64,000 bases of DNA from an uncultured Gammaproteobacteria bacterium (GTDB taxonomy: Bacteria > Pseudomonadota > Gammaproteobacteria > Steroidobacterales > Steroidobacteraceae). The DNA lies in assembly GCA_963732375.1 (NCBI GenBank), contig CAVSZE010000008.1, positions 3,940 through 67,939 of the forward strand, given 5' to 3'. The translations under genes and the position numbers were made by a program. Numbering within the stretch: position 1 is the first letter of the stretch; every line of letters starts with the position of its first letter. This document shows, piece by piece, positions 11,901-20,508 of the stretch. The notes below the pieces were generated by a model. It did no database searches, was not told where the DNA came from, and worked only from the letters and a program-made list of their open reading frames with translations.

Positions 11901-12000
11901 TGAAGTCCCGCCCGTCGTCACCTGGCTGTCCATCATCCCACAGGCACGTTTCATCAGGATGACAGATCGGCGCCCCCGGCCGCGCTATGATGAGCCGAAA

Positions 12001-12747
12001 ATGCAGATCCTTGCGGTCACGAACATCAAGGGCGGCGTCGGCAAGACCACCACGGCGGTGAACCTCGCCTGGCTCGCGGCCGCCTCGGGCCGACGGACGA
12101 TCCTCTGGGACATCGATCCGCAGGGGGCGGCGACCTACATCCTGCGAGGAGAGCCGAACGAGCGCGCCTCCGCCAAAAAGCTCGTGCAAGGCAGGCGTGA
12201 GTTGCCCGAGCTGCTCGCCGGGACCGACCACGAAAACCTGAGACTGCTGCCCGCCGACGTTTCCTACCGGAACTTCGACATTCACATGAGCGAGCGAAAG
12301 CATCCGACCAGGCAGCTGATGATGATGAGCCGCACGCTGCACGATGATTGCGACCTGCTGGTCCTCGACTGCCCGCCCGGCATGTCGCTGCTGTCGGAGA
12401 ACGTGCTGCGGGCGGCGGATGCGCTGATCGTGCCGATGCTGCCGGCGCCGCTCTCGCTGCGCATGATCGACCAGCTGGTCGCGTTCGTGGAGAGGGCCGG
12501 CTGGCCGGACCTCCGGGTCCTGCCGTTCTTCTCGATGGTGGACCGGCGCCGTTCGCTGCACCGTGAGATCATCGAGGGTGCGCGGGCGCAGTACCCTGGA
12601 ATCCTGGAGACTGAGATCCCGTACTGGAGCGAGATCGAGCGCATGACGGTACGGCGGGCGCCACTGCCGTCGTTCGCCCCGGGCAGTCCGGCGGCAATGG
12701 TGTATGCGGCGCTGTGGCAGGAAACGGCCGGGCGCCTTGCGGGGTAA
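12001..12747 (+). CDS. Orphan ParA/MinD-family ATPase
   Basis: Deviant Walker A at the N-terminus, MQILAVTNIKGGVGKTTTAVNLA. DIDPQG and LVLDCPPG motifs. 248 aa. No ParB-like partner is visible. Confidence 0.85.
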   Translation: MQILAVTNIKGGVGKTTTAVNLAWLAAASGRRTILWDIDPQGAATYILRGEPNERASAKKLVQGRRELPELLAGTDHENLRLLPADVSYRNFDIHMSERKHPTRQLMMMSRTLHDDCDLLVLDCPPGMSLLSENVLRAADALIVPMLPAPLSLRMIDQLVAFVERAGWPDLRVLPFFSMVDRRRSLHREIIEGARAQYPGILETEIPYWSEIERMTVRRAPLPSFAPGSPAAMVYAALWQETAGRLAG

Positions 12748-13316
12748 TGATGCAATCGTCCGCGTATCGCCGCGAGGGTGACACCTGGCTGATCGAGATC
12801 CGGTTGCGCGAATTGCGCCAACTGTTCAATCATCTCGATCCGGCACCTTTTCGCGAGAAGGACCTCGACCCGGCGGCCGAGGCGTACATCGAGGATGCGG
12901 TTCGCGAGATCGGCCCGCGAGAGTCGTGCAAGCTGGTCGTCCACCTGCCTGACGCGGAACGCGCCTCCGCGGACGCGAGGACGCTGCCCGAGGCCCTTGT
13001 GCACTATTTCGAGTACCGTGCCTGGCAGACGCAGGTCGAACTTCGTCGCCTGCTCACCCTCGGTCTGCTGAACCTGGTTATCGGTCTGGCGTTCATGTTC
13101 GCCTGCCTGTCATTAGTAGGTTGGCTTGCGGCGCGCGGCAGCAACGGTGTGATCACCGAGGGCCTGGTGGTGATCGGCTGGGTCGCGCTGTGGCGACCCG
13201 CAGAGATCTTTCTATACGACTGGTGGCCGATACGGCGCCGGCAGAGGCGATTCGAATTCATTGCGCAGATGCCGGTCGAAATCAGCAGCGAGGCCATTCA
13301 AATGGAACGGCAATGA
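12747..13316 (+). CDS. Hypothetical membrane protein, translationally coupled to the ParA-like gene
   Basis: Its ATG overlaps the ParA stop (TAATG at 12745-12749). Soluble N-terminal 100 aa, then two TM helices (LLNLVIGLAFMFACLSLVGWL, GLVVIGWVALW). Confidence 0.55.
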   Translation: MMQSSAYRREGDTWLIEIRLRELRQLFNHLDPAPFREKDLDPAAEAYIEDAVREIGPRESCKLVVHLPDAERASADARTLPEALVHYFEYRAWQTQVELRRLLTLGLLNLVIGLAFMFACLSLVGWLAARGSNGVITEGLVVIGWVALWRPAEIFLYDWWPIRRRQRRFEFIAQMPVEISSEAIQMERQ

Positions 13317-14464
13317 GCGAATACGAGACAGAAGACCTGGCCGTAATTGAGGAAATGGCGAAGCGCTTCGCGCTTGCCGAGATCTGTCCCTACCTCGAGG
13401 CGTGGGAGGAGGCGGGCGAATTCCCTCGAGACCTTTACCGCAAGCTCGCCGACATGGGCTGGCTGGGCCTCGGCTATCCGGAGGAACTGGGCGGTGCGCC
13501 GGCGCCTTGGGCTGCCAGGGTCGTGCTCTCCCGCACGCTGTCGCGCTACACCGGCAGCGGCGGCGTCCTGGCTGGTGCGTTCAGCCATTCGATCGGGTTG
13601 CCGCCGATCCTGAACCACGGCAGCGACGAACTGAAGCGGCGCGTGATCCCGGACGTGCTCGCAGGCGCGAAGATCTCGGCACTCGGCATCACCGAGCCGG
13701 GCTGCGGATCCGACGTGTCCGGGCTTCGAACCACGGCCCGACGGGAAGGCGACCACTACGTGGTGGATGGCGAGAAGGTGTTCATCACTTCCGGCATGCG
13801 CGCCGACTGGATCACTGCCGCCGTGCGCACCGATCCCGACAACAAGGGCGCCGGCGGGATATCGATGCTCGCGATTCCCGGTGATGCGCCAGGCCTGACA
13901 CGTGCACCGCTCAGGAAGATGGGCTGGCTATGCTCCGACACCGCGCACCTGCGATTCGACGGCGTGCAGGTGCCCGTCGAGAACCTGGTCGGCGAGGAGG
14001 GCAAGGGTTTCAGGATCATCATGACCAACTTCAATGGCGAGCGCCTCTCCATGGCGGCGATGGCGCTCGGCATGTCCGAATGCTGCTATGACGAGGCGCT
14101 GGCGTGGGCGCGCGAGCGCAAGACTTTCGGCGCTTCGCTGGTGAGCCACCAGGCAGTCAGGCACAAGCTCGTGGACATGCGAATGCGCATCGAGTCGACG
14201 CGCGCCTGGCTCTCGAACGTTGCCGATCGCGCCGATGCCGGCCAGGCCGATGCCCAGTGGATCGCGGAGGTGTGCATGCTGAAGAACCACGCCACGCAGG
14301 CGATGCAGTTCTGCGCGGACCAGGCGGTGCAGATCCTCGGCGGCATGGGTTACATGCGAGGCTCCGCAAGCGAGCGAATCTACCGCGAGGTCAAGGTCGC
14401 GATGATCGGTGGTGGGACCGAGGAAATCATGAAGGAGCTTGCCTCGCGGCAACTCGGCATCTGA
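13313..14464 (+). CDS. Acyl-CoA dehydrogenase
   Basis: ATGA overlap with the preceding gene. ACAD motifs: GITEPGCGSDV, the N/M/C domain layout, and a C-terminal IYREVKVAMIGGGTEEI. Confidence 0.9.
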   Translation: MSEYETEDLAVIEEMAKRFALAEICPYLEAWEEAGEFPRDLYRKLADMGWLGLGYPEELGGAPAPWAARVVLSRTLSRYTGSGGVLAGAFSHSIGLPPILNHGSDELKRRVIPDVLAGAKISALGITEPGCGSDVSGLRTTARREGDHYVVDGEKVFITSGMRADWITAAVRTDPDNKGAGGISMLAIPGDAPGLTRAPLRKMGWLCSDTAHLRFDGVQVPVENLVGEEGKGFRIIMTNFNGERLSMAAMALGMSECCYDEALAWARERKTFGASLVSHQAVRHKLVDMRMRIESTRAWLSNVADRADAGQADAQWIAEVCMLKNHATQAMQFCADQAVQILGGMGYMRGSASERIYREVKVAMIGGGTEEIMKELASRQLGI

Positions 14465-14513
14465 CTGGTGCCTTCGACGGCCTGCGATTACCTGGGGTCG
14501 GTCAGGATTCCGC

Positions 14514-15170
14514 CTAAGGATCGCCAGCGTTCACCAGGCGGAGTCGAACCGCCTCGTCCGTCGTGAGCTCGCGAATGGCTTGGTGCGGCACGCCGGACAT
14601 TACCGTCACGAGTTCGGGACTGACGCCCATCTGGATCAGGTAATCCTTCACCTGGCCGGTCACTACCTGCTGGAATGCGGTCTCGTCAGGCACTGGCACG
14701 CTGTTGGCGGCGCGGTGGGCACCGAGGACCGAGCCAGGTTCCAGCGAGCGCCGTACGCCGCCAGCGTAGGCGATCGGGCAGGCGCTGTAGCACCGCCCTG
14801 CGCGTGGCAGCGCGGAACCAGGCGCACGGACCCCGACGCTGGTCGCATAGCCGCGTTCCCTGAGCGCGCGACCGAGCGCCATCGCCTCGACCACGTGTCC
14901 ACCCGGCGAGTCTAAGTAGACGACCGCGCTGCGTACGCGTTCCGCGTCGAGTACGCGCTCGAGCCGTGCGGTCGCCCCGTTGTCGATGTAGCCCTCGAGG
15001 TAGATGAACCAGCGGTCGTCCGACGTGTTCCGCCCCGCGTAGCCAGGCGCCACTGCAGTGATCTTCAGAAAATCGGTGCCTGGCACCGATTTTTCGGTAG
15101 CCGCCAAAGCGGCACCGCAGGAGATTGAAAGTGCCAGGGCCGCCAGGGCCCGCTGTGGATCGATACGCAT
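14514..15170 (-). CDS. Exported protein with a ClpP/crotonase-like periplasmic domain (COG3904-like)
   Basis: Signal peptide MRIDPQRALAALALSISCGAALA. The segment YLDSPGGHVVEAMALGRALR resembles the ClpP-like fold. Confidence 0.45.
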   Translation of the reverse strand: MRIDPQRALAALALSISCGAALAATEKSVPGTDFLKITAVAPGYAGRNTSDDRWFIYLEGYIDNGATARLERVLDAERVRSAVVYLDSPGGHVVEAMALGRALRERGYATSVGVRAPGSALPRAGRCYSACPIAYAGGVRRSLEPGSVLGAHRAANSVPVPDETAFQQVVTGQVKDYLIQMGVSPELVTVMSGVPHQAIRELTTDEAVRLRLVNAGDP

Positions 15171-15224
15171 GGCAGGCGATTCTGCGTCATGATTCGGCGA
15201 TCAGCCAAGGTGAGGAGCAACGCG

Positions 15225-16001
15225 ATGGATATCCAGGTCGAAAAACGCGATCACCTGCTCGTCATGGGCGTGCGGCGCCCGCAGAAGATGAACGCACTCA
15301 GCCGAGACATGTTCCACGCGCTCGCGCGGGCATTCCACCGTCTCGAGCACGATCCCGACCTGTGGGTCGGCGTGGTCTGGGCCGAAGGGCCGCACTTCAC
15401 CTCGGGCGTGGACCTGAATGACTGGGCGGAGGCATTTGCGGCGGGGTCCCCGTTCCCGATCGGGGAGGGCGAGATAGACCCGTTCTCGATGAGCGGTCCC
15501 CGAGTGTCGAAGCCGCTGGTGATCGCCGTGCAGGGCCGCTGCTACACCTGGGGCTGGGAGTTGTTGCTGAATACGGACCTTCGGGTCGCCGCGACCGACA
15601 CGCGCTTTGCGATGCTGGAGGTGAAGCGCGGCTTTTACGCCTGCGGCGGCGCGACTCTGCGCCTGCCGAAGGAGATCGGTTGGGGCAACGCGCAACGCTA
15701 CCTGCTCACCGGCGACGAACTTGGTGCGGAAGAGGCGCACCGGCTGGGACTCGTGCAGCAGCTATGCGCACCGGGCGAACAGCTCGACGCGGCGCTCGCG
15801 CTCGCCTCGCGCGTCGCGAAGGCGGCGCCGCTCGGGGTGCAGGGTAGCCTGCGCTCGTCGCGCACTTGCATGCTGGATGGAGAGGCGGCGGCGATCGAGC
15901 CCACTTTCCGTGGCATGGCCGAAGTGATGCGCAGCGAGGACGCCGCGGAGGGCGTGCGATCGTTCGTGGAGCGGCGCGAGGCCGTGTTCCGCGGCCGCTA
16001 G
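15225..16001 (+). CDS. Enoyl-CoA hydratase / crotonase family protein
   Basis: ATG at 15225 after GGTGAGGAG. Crotonase motifs PQKMNAL, FTSGVDL, VQGRCYTWGWELLL. Confidence 0.85.
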   Translation: MDIQVEKRDHLLVMGVRRPQKMNALSRDMFHALARAFHRLEHDPDLWVGVVWAEGPHFTSGVDLNDWAEAFAAGSPFPIGEGEIDPFSMSGPRVSKPLVIAVQGRCYTWGWELLLNTDLRVAATDTRFAMLEVKRGFYACGGATLRLPKEIGWGNAQRYLLTGDELGAEEAHRLGLVQQLCAPGEQLDAALALASRVAKAAPLGVQGSLRSSRTCMLDGEAAAIEPTFRGMAEVMRSEDAAEGVRSFVERREAVFRGR

Positions 16002-16206
16002 TCGCGCCCGGCGGGCGGGCCGGATGCCAGCGCCGGCGCAGTGTGTTGGCGGCCTCAATTCGGGTAAGTCGTTGGCGCTGTCAACCAACGGGCTCCTGAA
16101 GCGTTGTCTAATCAATTGGGACGAATTGCGGCCCTCGCGGGCTGTCGGTTCGTGCTCGCGCCGCCTCAGGACGTCGACTCCTGCCTTCCGCCTCAGGGTG
16201 CAAAAG

Positions 16207-16890
16207 ATGCGTTACACACTCATTCTGTCGTCGCTGTTGCTCGCGCCGGTCCTGCCGGCCAACGCCCAGGTCAGCATCGGCATCGGCACGCCCAACGTGA
16301 GCATTGGCATCAACATGCCGGGCTACCCGCAGTTCGCCAGGGTGCCCGGCTACCCCGTTTATTACGCGCCACAGGCCGGCCTCAATCTCTTCTTCTACGA
16401 CGGCATGTACTGGGCTTACCAGAATGACAACTGGTACGCGAGTTCCTGGTACAACGGGCCCTGGGGCCTCGTGTCCCCCATGTATGTTCCCGCGTACGTG
16501 CTGAGAGTGCCGGTACGCTACTACCGCGTGCCTCCACCGTACTTCCGCGGGTGGCCGAACGACTCACCGCCGCGCTGGGGTCAGCATTACGGAGAGCACT
16601 GGGAGCAGCAGAGGCATGGCTGGGACCAGTGGGACCGGAATTACGCTCCCCGGGCCGCGCCACTGCCCGTCTACCAGCAGCAGTACTCCGGTAGCAGGTA
16701 TCCTCATGTGGACCAGCAGCCGATGTATCGCAGCGAGTACTACCATTACCAGCCGAGTGATCCTGTCGTCAGGCAGTATTACGAGCAGGAAAACGTGCGC
16801 TACAAGCAGCACTCGCAGAAGGAATCCAAGGGCGGAAATGGCCAGGGCAACGACAAGGGTAAAAAGAATGGCCAGGGGCACGACGACTAG
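16207..16890 (+). CDS. Exported aromatic-rich hypothetical protein, module copy A
   Basis: Signal peptide MRYTLILSSLLLAPVLPANA. Conserved core FFYDGMYWAYQNDNWYASSWYNGPWG...VPVRYY...PPYFRGWP. Paralog of 17610-18413. Confidence 0.7.
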   Translation: MRYTLILSSLLLAPVLPANAQVSIGIGTPNVSIGINMPGYPQFARVPGYPVYYAPQAGLNLFFYDGMYWAYQNDNWYASSWYNGPWGLVSPMYVPAYVLRVPVRYYRVPPPYFRGWPNDSPPRWGQHYGEHWEQQRHGWDQWDRNYAPRAAPLPVYQQQYSGSRYPHVDQQPMYRSEYYHYQPSDPVVRQYYEQENVRYKQHSQKESKGGNGQGNDKGKKNGQGHDD

Positions 16891-16908
16891 GACGCGGGTG
16901 GCAATGCA

Positions 16909-17130
16909 TTGAACGCCGTCAAGCTCGTGGCAATCGTGTTGCTAGCAGCCGGCACCCTCGGCCTGGTGTACGGCGGCTTCAGCTACACGAAGGAGACGCA
17001 CGAAGGCAGGCTGGGCCCGATCCAGTTCTCCGTCCAGGAGAAACAGCGGGTCCGGATACCGGTCTGGGCCGGTGTGGGTGTGATCGTGATAGGTGGCGCG
17101 CTCCTGTTGCTTGGAGGCAGGAGGCGCTGA
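16909..17130 (+). CDS. Small two-TM membrane protein (73 aa), module copy A, TTG start
   Basis: Hairpin-like topology: TM, then YTKETHEGRLGPIQFSVQEKQRVRIPVW, then TM. About 65% identical to 18431-18652, which also starts with TTG. Confidence 0.65.
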   Translation: MNAVKLVAIVLLAAGTLGLVYGGFSYTKETHEGRLGPIQFSVQEKQRVRIPVWAGVGVIVIGGALLLLGGRRR

Positions 17131-17400
17131 GCGCGCCGGTTGGAGGTGCGGCGGCACGGTGCGCTACCGCACAGACCCCTCCCTTCAACTCTCCTACAGT
17201 CCAGTCATGTAGCGCGGGTCATTTTCCTTTCCGCGTCGGGCGGTCGGGTCGGAAGCGATCCGGCGCGAGCCGCGCTCCCGCCGCCAAGCACACGAGAGAA
17301 TCAATGAATCTCCGTACCACACTTGCCGCCGCAGTCCCGGCGCTCGTGCTGCTCAGGGCGGCCGACAAGTGGTTCACGAAACAATAGCAGGAGAAACACA

Positions 17401-17550
17401 ATGCTCTGGACAATTGCAGTCATCCTCATCGTGCTCTGGCTCCTTGGCCTGGTCACTTCCTACACCATGGGTGGATTCATCCACATCCTGCTGGTGATCG
17501 CGGTTGTCGTGATCCTGCTCAACATCATTCAGGGCCGACGCGCGTTATGA
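17401..17550 (+). CDS. lmo0937-family small membrane protein (49 aa)
   Basis: MLWTIAVILIVLWLLGLVTSYTMGGFIHILLVIAVVVILLNIIQGRR matches the lmo0937-type signature. ATG at 17401 after CAGGAGAAA. Confidence 0.7.
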   Translation: MLWTIAVILIVLWLLGLVTSYTMGGFIHILLVIAVVVILLNIIQGRRAL

Positions 17551-17609
17551 CGCGTGGCCATGGATGGCTGCCGGACGCGATGGCCTTGGGTCGATCAGGA
17601 GGTCGCAAA

Positions 17610-18413
17610 ATGCGCTACGCAATCATTCTCTCGTCCCTGCTGCTGGGGACGGCGCTCCCGGCCAGTGCCGAGGTGAGCATCGCGATCGGCGTGCCGGGCC
17701 TCAGCATCGGTATCAACATGCCGGTCTACCCTCAGTACCAGAGAATTCCGAACTACCCTGTCTACTACGCGCCACAGTCCGGTTTTAATCTCTTCTTCTA
17801 CGACGGCATGTACTGGGCTTACCAGAATGACAACTGGTACGCGAGCTCCTGGTACAACGGGCCGTGGGGGATGGTGTCCCCGATGTACGTTCCCACATAC
17901 GTACTCAGGGTACCCGTGCGCTACTACCAGCGCCCGCCGCCGTATTTTCGCGGGTGGCCGCGAGACGCACCGCCGCGCTGGAACCAGCACTACGGCAAGA
18001 AATGGGAGCAGGAAAGACACGGCTGGGACACCTGGAATAGAAATTCCGCTCCGCCGCCCGCTCCATTGCCTGTTTACCAGCGGCAGTACTCGGGCGATCG
18101 ATATCCCCGATACGAACAGCAGCCGGTAATTCGAAGCCAGAATTACCACTACCAGCCGAGCGATCCTGTCGTGCGCCAGCACTATCAACAGGAGGAAGTG
18201 GAAGCCAGGCAGCACTCACAGCAGCAACAGCAACAGCAGCAGCATCAACAGCAGCAGCAGCAACAGCAGCAACGCTCTGAGCCACAGCAGCAGCCCCAGC
18301 AACATGACGGCGCCGGCAAGGGCCAGGACAAAGGCAATGACAAAGGCAATGGCAAAGGCCAGGACAAAGACCAGGACAAAGGCAATGACAAAGGCCAGGG
18401 TCACAATGACTGA
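17610..18413 (+). CDS. Exported aromatic-rich hypothetical protein, module copy B, with poly-Q and K/G/D/N tail
   Basis: ATG at 17610 after AGGAGG. Signal peptide MRYAIILSSLLLGTALPASA. Same core as copy A. The C-terminus carries Q8-H-Q9 and GKGQDKGNDKGNGKGQDKDQDKGNDKGQG. Confidence 0.7.
   Translation: MRYAIILSSLLLGTALPASAEVSIAIGVPGLSIGINMPVYPQYQRIPNYPVYYAPQSGFNLFFYDGMYWAYQNDNWYASSWYNGPWGMVSPMYVPTYVLRVPVRYYQRPPPYFRGWPRDAPPRWNQHYGKKWEQERHGWDTWNRNSAPPPAPLPVYQRQYSGDRYPRYEQQPVIRSQNYHYQPSDPVVRQHYQQEEVEARQHSQQQQQQQQHQQQQQQQQQRSEPQQQPQQHDGAGKGQDKGNDKGNGKGQDKDQDKGNDKGQGHND
18219..18272 (+). repeat. CAG/CAA trinucleotide tract (18 codons: Q8-H-Q9) inside module copy B
   Basis: Direct reading: cag cag caa cag caa cag cag cag cat caa cag cag cag cag caa cag cag caa. 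Confidence 0.95.
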
Positions 18414-18430
18414 CCCGAGGAGATGAGAAA

Positions 18431-18652
18431 TTGAACTCAGCAAAGATTGCGGCAATTGTACTGATCGTGGCCGGCGTCCTAGGCTTGGTTTACGGCAGCT
18501 TCAGCTATACCAAAGACACCCACGAAGCGAAGCTCGGCCCGATCGAGCTGTCGGTACAAGAGAAAGAGACGGTCAATATCCCGGTCTGGGCCGGCGTGGG
18601 CGCGATCGCCATCGGCGGTTTCTTGCTACTGCTCGGCGGCAGGAAGAGCTAG
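18431..18652 (+). CDS. Small two-TM membrane protein (73 aa), module copy B, TTG start
   Basis: TTG at 18431 after GAGGAG. Paralog of 16909-17130. Confidence 0.65.
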   Translation: MNSAKIAAIVLIVAGVLGLVYGSFSYTKDTHEAKLGPIELSVQEKETVNIPVWAGVGAIAIGGFLLLLGGRKS

Positions 18653-18661
18653 GCACGTCCG

Positions 18662-18862
18662 ATGAATTGGGCAGACACCATGAAGGCCAACGGCAACGTG
18701 ACATCGAGTCAGCGATACCCCGATGACTCAAACGTAATTGGCGGCGCGCCTCCTGCGACTTGGGACCCGTACGAAGTCTGGCTCACCAGGATCAAGCAAC
18801 CGCGCGAGCGCGCCGCCCGCGTTGTTGCCTTTGGCACGCAACGCAACGCAATCAGCGCGTGA
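18662..18862 (+). CDS. Doubtful hypothetical ORF (66 aa)
   Basis: Open frame containing WDPYEVWLTRIKQPRE. No convincing RBS, and third-position GC is lower than in neighbouring genes. Confidence 0.25.
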   Translation: MNWADTMKANGNVTSSQRYPDDSNVIGGAPPATWDPYEVWLTRIKQPRERAARVVAFGTQRNAISA

Positions 18863-18923
18863 AATGGTGCCGGCCAGATAGCCGGGGCCGGCGCGACACG
18901 CCACAAATGATCCGGAGTATCCA

Positions 18924-19064
18924 ATGACTCTTTGTCCTGTCGCTCTCGCCATCGGCTGCAAGAAATGCCCGATCGTTCGTATCTGCCCGGTCAAGACCGT
19001 CATTGGAGACTACAAGCCGGAGAAGGCGGCCAAGAGCGCGCCGCGACGGCGCAATGTACGTTAG
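18924..19064 (+). CDS. Candidate 46-aa four-cysteine mini-protein
   Basis: ATG at 18924, 6 nt after GGAG. MTLCPVALAIGCKKCPIVRICPVKTVIGDYKPEKAAKSAPRRRNVR. Cysteine spacing C-x7-C-x2-C-x5-C with a basic tail. Shorter than the ORF-track cut-off. Confidence 0.45.
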   Translation: MTLCPVALAIGCKKCPIVRICPVKTVIGDYKPEKAAKSAPRRRNVR

Positions 19065-19131
19065 CGCACCGCGCGCAGCGTGGCTTGTGTCTACTCTGGT
19101 GATCTGCGACGTGCGGCCCGCCGGGTCGTGA

Positions 19132-19598
<467 letters not shown>

Positions 19599-20460
19599 TC
19601 ACGTGCGGCCGGAGAACACGGCTGCTGGTTCGAGCTTGAGTACCGGCCGCGCACTTATCAGTGCGGCGAGCAGGCTCACGACGAAAACCATCACGCTGCC
19701 CAGCAGTGGCGTGAACCACATCATGCGGAATGGAAACCCCCACGCACTGACGATCGGCCCGGCGATTCCGCACAGGCCGAGTCCCAGTCCCGTCCCTACG
19801 AGCGCGCAGACACCGGCTTGCACGAAGATCATCCGCAGCAGCAGGCCGGAGGTCGCGCCCATGGACTTGAGCACCGCATAGTCCTTCAGGTGCTCTGTCG
19901 TGAACAGGTAGAGCAGCACTGCAGTGATCCCGAAGCCGACCGTGATGGCCAGCGTGAGCATTGCACCGACGTCACCGACGTCTTCCGAGTTGACCAGCGT
20001 CCAGCGAACGGTGTCTTCCTTGAATTCGCCTGCAGTGCGCGCCCGAAGACCTGTCCGGGCGTGAATGCGTCGGGCCAGGTCGGTCGGCTCGACACCCGCG
20101 GCGGCGCTTGCCAGCACGAACGTCAGTCGGCGCCGCGCGATGATCGTTGACAACCATTTCGTCGCCGCCCTCGAGCGGTCGGGTGGGAGCTGCCAGGTGC
20201 GGGGCTCCGTGTGGCCACTGATCGCGCGCCAACTGCGGTGTATCGAGCTTCCCGACGGACCCACCGGAGTCGATCAGCACGGCATCGGGGGCACGCAGCA
20301 GGCCGACCAGCCCTGGATCGTTCCCGAGCCGCACGCCCACAAACGTCGCATCGTCCACGCCGATTAGCTGGAACAACGGTGCCCAATCGGCAATCGCGTC
20401 ACCGACGGGCAGCAATACCGAAGCGACGACGAGAGGCGCGGTGGCGTGGCTTGATTGTGG
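19599..20460 (-). pseudogene. FtsX/DevC-type ABC transporter permease remnant (frameshifted and N-terminally truncated)
   Basis: C-terminal TM2-4 region (LAITVGFGITAVLLY...LKSMGATSGLLLRMIFVQAG...ISARPVLKLEPAAVF) lies in one frame (19599-20264). The periplasmic-domain part (FQLIGVDDATF...EMVVNDH) lies in another (to about 20460). The frames switch near 20128-20140. TM1 and about 90 N-terminal residues are absent. No ATPase or MFP gene is adjacent. Confidence 0.65.
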
Positions 20461-20508
20461 TGTTCATGAATTGAGTTTCCTTTCAGGAGGGTGAGCGCGC
20501 TGGACCAT

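Noticed and set aside
17304-17387. 27-codon ORF (MNLRTTLAAAVPALVLLRAADKWFTKQ) just upstream of the lmo0937-type gene
   Set aside because: Weak RBS and no recognisable features. Conservation cannot be assessed here, so it is left unannotated.
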